Positions 46,667 to 55,980 of a DNA stretch of 55,980 nucleotides are shown piece by piece. Position numbers and translations under genes: made by a program. Source of the DNA: Mustelus asterias (taxonomy: Eukaryota). Under the pieces are notes generated by a model that searched no databases, was not told where the DNA came from, and saw nothing but the letters and a program-made list of their open reading frames with translations. The stretch's first letter is position 1. Every line of letters begins with the position of its first letter. The stretch is taken from NCBI RefSeq assembly GCF_964213995.1, contig NW_027592381.1, forward strand, positions 1 through 55,980, given 5' to 3'.

Positions 46667-49000
46667 ACAGCTAACACACCATAGGCCTCCTTCACAGCTC
46701 TAACCACTTGAGTGGCAACCTTTAGAGATCTGTGGATATGGACCCCAAGATCTCTCTGTTCCTCCACAGTCTTCAGAACCCTACCTTTGACCCTGTAATC
46801 CACATTTCAATTCGTCCTACCAAAATGAATCACCTCATATTTATCAGGGTTAAACTCCATTTGCCATTTTTCAGCCCAGCTTTGCATCCAATCTATGTCT
46901 CTTTGCAGCCGACAACAGCCCTCCACCTCATCCACTACTTCACCAATCTTGGTGTCATCAGCGAATTTACTGATCCACCCTTCAGCCCCCTCCTCCAAGT
47001 CATTAATAAAAATCACAAAGAGCAGAGGACCAAGCACTGATCCTTGTGGCACTCCGCTAGGAACCTGCCTCCAGTCCGAAAATTTTCCATCCACCACCAC
47101 CCTCTGTCGTCGATCAGATAGCCAGTTACCTGTCCAATCGGCCAACTTTCCCTCTCTCCCACACCTCCTTACTTTCATCATAAGCCGACCATGGGGGACC
47201 TTATCAAACGCCTTACTAAAATCCATGTATATGACATCAACTGCCCTACCTTCATCAACACACTGAGTTACCTCCTCAAAAAACTCAATCAAATTTGTGA
47301 GGCACGACTTGCCCTTCACAAATCCGTGCTGACTATCCCGGATTAATCCGCATCTTTCTAAATGGTCGTAATTCCCATCCCTAAGGACTTTTTCCATCAA
47401 TTTACCAACCACCGAAGTAGGACTAACCGGTCTATAATTACCAGGGTCATTTCTACTCCCCTTCTTAAACAGAGGAACAACATTCGCCACTCTCCAGTCC
47501 TCTGGCATCATCCCCGTGGACAGTGAGGACCCAAACATCAAAGCCAAAGGCTCTGAAATCTCATCCCTTGCCTCCCAAAGAATCCGAGGATATATTTAAT
47601 CAGGCCCACGGGACTTATCGACCTTCAGTTTATTCAAAACTGGCAGTACATCCTCCCTCCGAACATCTTTTTCCTCCAGCCTATTAGTCTGTAACACCTT
47701 TTCTTCCTCAAAAACATGGCCCCTCTCCTTGGTGAACACTGAAGAAAAGTATTCATTCATCACCTCGCCTATATCTACTGACTCCATACACAAGTTCCCA
47801 GTACTGTCCATGACCGGTCTTAACCTCACCCTGGTCATTCTTTTATTCCTCACATAAGAGTAAAAAGCCTTGGGGTTTTCCTTGATCCGACCCGCCAAGG
47901 ACTCCTCATGCCCCCTCCTAACTCTCCTGAGCCCCTTTTTCAGCTCATTCCTTGCTAACTTGTAACCCTCAATCGAGCCAACTGAACCTTGTTTCCTCAT
48001 CCCTACATAAGCTTCCCTCTTCCTTTTCACAAGACATTCCACCTCTTTCGTGAACCATGGTTCCCTCACTTGGCCATTTCCTCCCTGCCTGACAGGGACA
48101 TACCTATCAAGGACACCCAGTATTTGTTCCTTGAAAAAGTTCCAGTTTTCATTAGTGCCTTTCCCTGACAGTTTCTGTTCCCATCTTATGCCCCCTAATT
48201 CTTGCCTAATCGCATCATAATTACCTCTTCCCCAATTGTAAACCTTGCCCTGCCGTACGGCCCTATCCATCTCCATTGCAATAACAAAAGACTCCAAATT
48301 GTGGTCACTATCTCCAAAGTGCCCTCCCACAACCAAATCTTAGACTTGGCCCGGTTCATTTCCCAGTAGCAAATCCAATGTGGCCTCACCTCTTGTCGGC
48401 CTATCCCCAGATTGTGTCAGGAAACCCTCCTGCACACACTGCACAAAAACTGCCCCATTCGAACTATTTGACCTACAAAGGTTCCAATCAATATTTGGAA
48501 AGTTAAAGTCCCCCATGACAACTACCCTGTGACCCCCACATATATCCATAATCTGCTTAGCAATTTCTTCCTCCACATCTCTATTACTATTTGGGGGCCT
48601 ACAGTAAACTCCTAACAATGTGAGCGCTCCTTTCCTGTTTCTAACTTCAGCCCATATTACCTCAGTGTGCAGATCCCCCTCGAAGTGCCTTTCCGCAGCC
48701 GTTAAACTATCCTTGATTAACAATGCTACTCCTCCACCTCTTTTACCAGCTTCCCTACACTTACTGAAACATCTATGCTCTGGAACGTCCAACAACCATT
48801 CCTGTCCTTGTTCTACCCACGTCTCCGTAATGGCCACAACATCGCAGTCCCAAGTACCAATCCACACCCCAAGTTCATCTACCTTGTTCAGGATGCTCCT
48901 TGCATTGAAGTAGACACACTTCAACCACCTTCTACTGGTACCCACCCTTGACCTTGATACCTTCCCCAATACCTCACCACCCTCAACACTGACTTCTGGA

Positions 49001-50008
49001 CTACAACTCCTTTTCCCACTCCCCTGACAAATTGTTTAAACCCCCCTGAAGAGCCGTATCAAATTTCCCTCCCAGGATATTGGTGCCCCTCTGGTTCAGG
49101 TGCACCCCGTCCTGTTTGTACAGGTCCCACCTTCCCCAGAATGTGTTCCAATTATCCACGTATCTGAAACCCTCCCTCCTACACCATCCCTGCAACCACA
49201 TGTTTAACTGCACTCTCTCCCTGTTCCTCAACTCGCTAGCACGTGGCAACGCACCAGAGATGACCACATATTTTGTCTTGGCTCTCAGCTTCCTGCCCAG
49301 CTCCCGAAATTCCTGTTTCAAATCCCCGTCCCTTCTCTTACCTATGTCGTTGGTACCAATGTGCACCATGACTTGTGACTGTTTCCCCTCCCCCTTAAGA
49401 ATCCGGAAGACACGGTCCGAGACGTCACGGACCCCGGTATCCGGTAGGCAACATACCATCCTCGAGTCTCTTTTGCTGCCACGGAACCTCCTATCTATCC
49501 CTCTAACTAACGAGTCCCTAATAACTATTGCCCTCCCGCTCTCCCCCTTACCCTCCCGAGCCACAGAGATGGACACAGTGCTGGAGATCCTCTCACTGCG
49601 GCTCACCACTGGTATGTCGTCTCCCTCAACCATATCGAAAGCGGAATACTTGTTGCTAAGGGGAACGACCACAGGGGATCCCTGCACTGACTGCTTCCTC
49701 CCAGCCCCTCTCACCGTCACCCATCTATTTTCATTCCTTGGAGTAACTGTATCCCTAAAGCTTCTGTCTATGGCCACCTCTGCCTCCCTAATGTTCCGAC
49801 GTTCATCCAACTCCAGCTCCAGTTCCCTAACACGGCTTTGGAGGAGCTGCAGATGGGTGCACTTCCCACAGATGTAATCAGCAGGGACACTGACGTCGTC
49901 CCTCACCTCAAACATAGTGCAAGAGGAAGATTGCACTGCTTGCACATCCATCCCCTCGAGATACCTTGCCAGTACCAGGTAGAAACAGCAAAAATGAATT
50001 AAGCTCAC
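49001..50008 (-). CDS. CR1 ORF1 (zinc-finger/leucine-zipper + SGNH esterase)
   Basis: CGKC..LQLLQSRVRELELEL; DSLVR, VHIGTND, DGVHLN motifs. Confidence 0.85.
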   Translation of the reverse strand: MSLIHFCCFYLVLARYLEGMDVQAVQSSSCTMFEVRDDVSVPADYICGKCTHLQLLQSRVRELELELDERRNIREAEVAIDRSFRDTVTPRNENRWVTVRGAGRKQSVQGSPVVVPLSNKYSAFDMVEGDDIPVVSRSERISSTVSISVAREGKGESGRAIVIRDSLVRGIDRRFRGSKRDSRMVCCLPDTGVRDVSDRVFRILKGEGKQSQVMVHIGTNDIGKRRDGDLKQEFRELGRKLRAKTKYVVISGALPRASELRNRERVQLNMWLQGWCRREGFRYVDNWNTFWGRWDLYKQDGVHLNQRGTNILGGKFDTALQGGLNNLSGEWEKEL

Positions 50009-51010
50009 CCCTGCTCGCCCTTTCTGCCTATGCCCTGTGAGCCAAAGCCCTTACAGCTTTCACTCAGCTTCCCACTCACTCCACTGCCCGCTCCCAACGC
50101 TGCCCGCTGTATAGAGTGACCTTTATACTAAAAAACACAATCTCCCAGAATCCCCTGCAGCCTACTCCCACTTCCTTTAGTTTAAACCCTTGAAAAAAGC
50201 CCGCGAAAAAACGGATTAAATAAATAAATAAATCACAGCACTTTACTCACCCTCAGTACTCCTGCTGAGAATCTCTCCCTCTGTCCTGCACCACTTCGAA
50301 CAAAAAAAATATACCTCTCATAATTTTTTTAACTTCTATCCGATGGTTCCTCAGCCTCCGTCTTTCCAGGGACAACAATCACAGTTTATTCAATCTCCCC
50401 TCATAACTAATGCCAGGCAACGTCCTGGTAAACCTTTTCTGTACCCTGTCCGCATCCTTCTGGCAGTGTGGTGACCGAAATTGGACACAGAAAACCATGC
50501 ACACACATGCACACACTAACAGACAAACGTAAAGTTTTGCACGCGCGCACGTGCACACACACACACACAAACACACACACACTAGTTCTCCGATGATTAT
50601 TTACGTGCTCACTAATTTCAAGCACTAGCATGACCTCAGTAAACAGCCAGTCTCTGTAATAAGATGCCCAGTGTTATGAATAAAACTGATGCCTGGCGTA
50701 AACAGAAGAAGATAAGAACATAAGAACGAGGAGCAGAGTAGGCCTGATCCGCCATTCAATAAGATCATGGCTGATCATTTCGTGGACTCAGCTCCACTTA
50801 CCTGCGCGCTCAACATAGCTAATAGTTCCTTTCCTGTTCAAAATCTATCTATCCTTGCCTTAAAAACGTCCAATGAGGCAGCCTCAACTGCTTCACTCGG
50901 CAGGGAATTTCACAGATTCACAACCCTTTGTGTGAAGAAGTTCCTCCACAACTCAGTCCGAAATGTGCTTCCCCTTATTTTGAGGCCTTGCCCCCTACAA
51001 CAACAGACCA

Positions 51011-52330
51011 AGGGCCCGATTTTACCATTTTCATTATAAGTGCCGAATCTGGGCAGAGTACAGATCTGACTTAGAAATCTGCTTTCAGGTGCCCCCATAC
51101 GCTCTCAGCCATCTCCAGTCCCATTCGCGCTGTGGGCGGGACTGAGCGCTGCTGGAACGTTCTGAGTTCTGAACTGTGCATGCGCAGTTAGAGAAAAACT
51201 GGAAAAAGCGCGCCTGTGTCGGATCATTTCCGACCTGCAGAAAGCAGAGAGCAGAGAAAGCGGCCCGGCAGTGACAAGCGGGAGTGAGGGTGCATCTCGG
51301 AGCAGGACGTGGGGGGGGGGGGGGAGGGAGCGCAGATGGATCTCTGGTGGGGGGGCAAATGGATTTCTGGTGGGGGTGCGGGGGGCTCAGGGGGGTCCGC
51401 TGCCACTCTGTGGGCGATCGATGGGGGGGAGGGGGGTGAGGGGGGCAGGGTGGCCATCGGTCTGGGTAGTGGGGGGTGGTAGATAAGGGGGACAATGTTG
51501 TGTGTGTGTCCCCATTATTAACCCCCCCACTACCCAGACCGATCGCCACCACTGCCCACTTCCCCTGCCACCGATCGCCCGCAGAGTGGCAGCGGACCCC
51601 CTGCCTCCCCCACCAGAGATCACTTCCCCCCCGCCCCCCCATCACCTCGGCTGCGTCTGACCCCCCACCAGAGATCCATCTGCCCCCCCTATCCGAGATA
51701 CATTTTACCCGCCTCCCTCCCCCCCAAGACAACGATCCGGCCTCACTCCCTTCCCCCCAATACAATGATCTGGCCTCACTCCCTCCCCCCCTTCCCCCAC
51801 AGAGACTGGTTCGGCCTCAGCGCCCCCCCCTCCATACAACGATCTGGCTCACTCCATCCCCCCACCCTTATACGACGATCTGTCCTCCCCCTCCCCTCCC
51901 AGATAATGGTCTGGGCTCACTCCAACCCCCCCCCCCCCCGCCAGAGATGCATCTGACCCGCCTCCTCCTTCTTCCCCCCCCCCCCCAACCAGACAACTAT
52001 CGGCCCTTTCCAGCCCCCCCTCCCGCCAGAGATACATCTGACCCGCCTCCTCCTCCTCCCCACCCCCCCCCTCCCCAAACCAGACAACGATCTGACCTAA
52101 TTCCCCGCCTCCCCCCTCCAACCAGAGAATGAGCTGGCCCGCCTCCCTCCTCCCCCCCCCCCCTTCACTGGTCTGAGCCAGAGAGCCGTTGGAAACACTG
52201 AACGCGCTCTTCAGAGTCTGGAGCACCCGCTTCAGACTTTTATTTAGCAAGTCGCTAAAAGCGCGATTTGGGATCGGCAAACGCGGTGGTACAGTCGGGA
52301 ATGTTGATAGAGTTGGGCGGGCAGTTCATT
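51011..52330. mobile_element. GC-rich non-autonomous repeat with internal inverted and C-rich tandem repeats
   Basis: Homologous to 41575-42053; inverted arms around ~51500; C-run repeats at 51650-52160. Confidence 0.55.
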
Positions 52331-52334
52331 AATT

Positions 52335-53150
52335 CGATTTAAATGCCACCAGACGATTGTGATTAAGGCACGCTGCTTGTTTTATCTTTTCTACTGGGAT
52401 AATGGTCGTATTCTTGAAGCAGATCGGGAACTCAGATTGTTGTAAAGAGAGTTTGAAGATGACTGTGAATACCCTCGCCAGTTGATCCATGCAGGGTGTG
52501 AGTGCTTGTCCGGGGACCCCATCCGGGCCAGTCGCTTTCCATGGGTTGACTTTCGAGTATGCTGTCCTGACATCTGCAATGGTGACCTCAGACACAGCTT
52601 CATCCGAGGTGTCCGGGGTGGAGGGCATGTTACCGCTGACCTCATGCTTAACACAGGCATAGAACACATTGAGCTTATTAGCGAGGGATCCGTTTGAGCC
52701 AGCGATTTTACATGCCCTGATCTTGTAGCCTGCTATGTCTTGCAGACTTTGGCATAGCCGGTGGGGGCCCGTGTGGCTCGGATGGGACAAAAGCTTGGTC
52801 CGGTTCTGGCTTCTTGACATTTTTGATGGACTTGTGTGGATCATATCTGGCTTTCTTTTATCGGTCAGAGTTGAACGCCTCAGACCTAGACCTCAGTAAC
52901 CAGTTGATATCCCTGTTCATCCATGGTTTCTCGTTGGCAAACACAGGGAATATCTTGTTGGGCACACAGTCTTCTACACACTTCCTCATGAAGTCAGTTA
53001 CTGTAGTGGCGTTCTCGTTCAGGCTGGTCGCAGAGTTTTTAAATACTGACCAGTCCACGGACTCTAAACAGTCACATAGGAGATCTTTCGATTCCTCAGA
53101 CCAACATTACATGACATTATTTGATGGATCATCCCGCTTTAGCCTTTGCA
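52335..53150 (-). mobile_element. Rex1/Babar-like LINE ORF2 fragment
   Basis: DWSVFK..VTDF..CVEDCVP..NEKPWMN; KATGPDGVPG..DQLA.VF..IF..SL..CFK.TTIIPV. Confidence 0.75.
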
Positions 53151-53279
53151 TGTAAGCCTGTAGCAGGAGCACAGCCTTGCGGTCTCTCTCTTACCCCAGT
53201 TGCGTGTTTCCTGATGCACACACTCTCAAAGAACAAAGGGCAAAAAAATGGACAGCACAGGAACAGGCCCTTCGACCTA

Positions 53280-53625
53280 GGGCAGCAGGGTCGCACAGTC
53301 GTTAGCACTGATGCTTCACAGGTCCAGGGACCTGTGTTCGATTCACAGCTTGGGTCGCTGTCTGTGTGGAGTTTGCACATTCTCCTCGTGTCTGCGTGGG
53401 TTTCCTCCGGGTGCTCCGCTTTCCTCCCACAGTCCAAAGATGTGCGGGTTAGGTTGATTGACAATGCTAAATTTGCCCTTAGTGTCCTGAGATGCGTAGG
53501 TTGGAGGGATTAGTGGGTAAGTATGGAGGGATAGGGGGGTAGAGCTGGGTGGGATTGTGGTCGGTGCAGACTCGATTGGCCGAATGGCCTCTTTCTGTGC
53601 TGTATGGTTACTATGATTCTATGAC
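53280..53625 (+). mobile_element. V-SINE (HE1-like) nested in a CR1 3' end (~53228-54015)
   Basis: Near-identical to 20465-20810; CR1 tail sequence on both sides. Confidence 0.8.
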
Positions 53626-54942
53626 CCTCCAAACCTGTGCTGATCATGATGCCGTATTTTAAATAAAAACTGCTGTGCTTACTCGGTCTGTATCCCTCTT
53701 ACCTCCTATTAATGTATCAATCCAGATGCATCTTAAAAGTTGCTAATGTGCCTGATTGAACCACCTCCTCTGGCAACACATTCCAGGCACCGACACTCTC
53801 TGTGTGAAATACATCCCCCACACATCTCCTTTAATATTTCCTCGTGCATTTGGAATCACGGCACGATTGTAATTGACACTTCCACCCTTGCAGAAAAGCT
53901 TCTGACTATCCAAACTGTCTGTGCCTCCCACAATTTTGTAAACCTCGATCAGGTCACCCCTCAGCCTCCGTCTTTCCACTGAAAACAATCCTGGTTTATG
54001 CAACCTCTCCTCATAACCAACGGAGCTGACTTCTCTCTAAGTTGTTACTGTCATGAACACCATTCCTCTCACAATAACTGCTTCCCCCATCATCACGCCC
54101 GCAATCCCGCCCTATCTATCCTTCTGTCTTCCTCTTTTTCACTTTCACTCACTCAGTCTTTCTCTCTCACTCTTATCCTTTCATTTTCCCAGCCTCGCAC
54201 CCTTTCTAGATTCAGCCCATCCCACAAATTGTCCCTCTCTCTCGTACTTATCTCTCTCCTTCCACATCTGAGCACATTTCTGAACACTGTATCAGATGTA
54301 GGTCCAGTGCCATTTGGAGCCTGTGTATTGCTCATCACAGTTAAATCTGTTATTTTACCGCTCTCAGAGGTGATGTGTTGGTATCAGCTGCAGGGTCTGA
54401 ATTTTCTGAGATGTCCCATTGTTTCTGAATATTTTCTCAGTTTGAGAAGCTGCATTAGATTTCGGGATAAAAAACAAATTTCTTTGCAGACTAAATAGTT
54501 CCAAATTATTGATCAACATAATTTTGCAATTCATGCCAAACTCTAACCCACTTAAATCACATTGCAGAATGCCCACTGTTAAAAATCATACAGAGAGACA
54601 CGGTAACAATTGAAACTCAATCACTGAAATATCACAGTCCAGTGACAGATGCCACTGAAACTTTCTGAGATCTCGAGATGGGACTGAAGGTGTTTGAATG
54701 GACAGCATCTTTCCACTCAAAGTAAGTCAGTACTAAAAATAAATATTTTCCATCACTGAACTCAATGTCGTAATCTGTTTGTTCATATATTTTAAAAAAA
54801 ACTTCAAACCAGGTTGCTGCCGCAATGTCCCTCAGGTGACATTACGGCGTATAAATTAAAGGCTTTGGGAATATATAACGTCAGATGTTAAAGTCAGAGA
54901 GACTGTCAGCAGCTCGAAGGGACACATCACTTCACACCGAAG

Positions 54943-55009
54943 ATGCTGTATCCAGTTCAGATAGCTGAGAAAATATTCTACCCAATCATCGCCATTATTG
55001 GTGTTCCCG
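54943..55009 (+). CDS. First coding exon of a GPR139/GPR142-like GPCR (MLYPVQIAEKIFYPIIAIIGVP)
   Basis: ATG, TM1-like FYPIIAIIGVP, phase-1 donor G|GTGAGT, TATATAA at 54872-54878; resembles exon 1 of the GPR139-like family expanded in cartilaginous fish; exon 2 not in window. Confidence 0.7.
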
Positions 55010-55980
55010 GTGAGTGATTCTAATCATTGAGGTTGTGCAAATCTGTGTGTGAACGGCTCTCTGATTTAAAATCTGACTGACAATGCTCCATGCTGATCTC
55101 ATGGTCACTGTTATAAAGAGACCAGGTCAACGATGTAATTTACTGAAATCAAATGGCTTGAAATATCTCTGTGGTTTTAATCCTTTTTATCAACTGAAAA
55201 TGAGTCTCTGTATGTTATTCACGGGCTCACTACTCAATGAAATTAATGTATTGAGGAGTGAACGACTCAATCTTATCTATTGTAAGATTGGACCTCAGTG
55301 AAGGCGATCTCTCTGAAATAATATTTAGTGGGAGTAAGAATATAATCGAAATTTGAATGTGGATCACTAACCAGAGTGGAAGACCTGACACCCAGTGAAC
55401 AAGTATTGCAGGGTATATTTGTCAGTGTAAAATTGCACTGATTGTGGTTCTTTCACCTGAGTAGGATATCTGATCGAAGTCTCCATTTATATCTGTCGAT
55501 GTAGAATTGTATTGTGTTTAGGAAAAGAATTGGAATGAAATAAGTTGGTTCAATTTTAAAGAACTACTATTTTAATTTGGTGAGTGAGATGCCCATTCTG
55601 TGGAGCTGCCTCAGTCTTTTATCTCTGGAATTTGCTGAAAACAGGAAGAGTTTGGCTTTGTTTGGTGGTCAGTGTATGATGTGAAATTTCTCCATACCTC
55701 GGCTTTGTATTGAAAATAAAGAAGTTTCAGCTCGTTCCTGATATTTAAACAAACCAATTACAAACCGTGCAGTATTCAGTGATTGTCAAATATATTGTGA
55801 TTTGTTCACATTTCCATTAATCTATAAATGAACTCCAATGTTTTTTTTCTGGATTGTTGTGGTTCTGTCTAAACTGTGCTGCTTCTTAAAGCGATTTGTG
55901 TATCTGATCACCTGAAGCCCGAAACTCCTCGAAAGCATTCAGATACTTGATTTCAACAGACTGATTGGGAAACATATTGT

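Larger units (their letters stand above)
45558..50260 (-). mobile_element. Near full-length CR1-type LINE (ORF1 + disrupted ORF2)
   Basis: ORF1 at 49001-50008; ORF2 pieces 48340-48969 (APE), 47596-48336, 46807-47547 (RT, FADD), 45633-46158; (ttctatg)n tail. Confidence 0.93.

Noticed and set aside
49080-49877. 265-aa plus-strand ORF
   Set aside because: Antisense shadow of CR1 ORF1.
51085-52280. Pro-rich and Gly-rich ORFs of 143-226 aa
   Set aside because: Artefacts of G/C runs in a repeat element.

Overview
Vertebrate genomic DNA, most likely from a shark or other cartilaginous fish (HE1-type V-SINEs, Deu-type SINEs, CR1/HER1 LINEs, Penelope elements). Positions 1-27.4 kb are part of a T-cell receptor alpha/delta V region. 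It holds two NAR-TCR cassettes in convergent (inverted) orientation, each reading leader - IgNAR-like V - J - leaderless supporting Vdelta with a CDR1 Cys, followed by several mostly defective TCR alpha/delta V segments. Two things stand out. First, each supporting Vdelta is followed by a tandem array of 23-RSS units with a 61-bp period (6 units on +, 5 on -), and the two arrays meet tail-to-tail near 7,212. Second, the NAR-TCR V segments carry a long germline CDR3 tail and a 12-RSS and face a 23-RSS J with no D in between, so they look like germline-joined V-D. Positions 27.4-37.4 kb are a decayed endogenous retrovirus on the minus strand (LTR, PBS-Phe, gag, pro-pol, gamma-type env) abutting a truncated V gene. 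Positions 37.4-54 kb are LINEs, satellites and other repeats. The first exon of a GPR139-like GPCR gene lies near the right end. All calls were made by eye; family names come from recalled motifs and were not database-checked.
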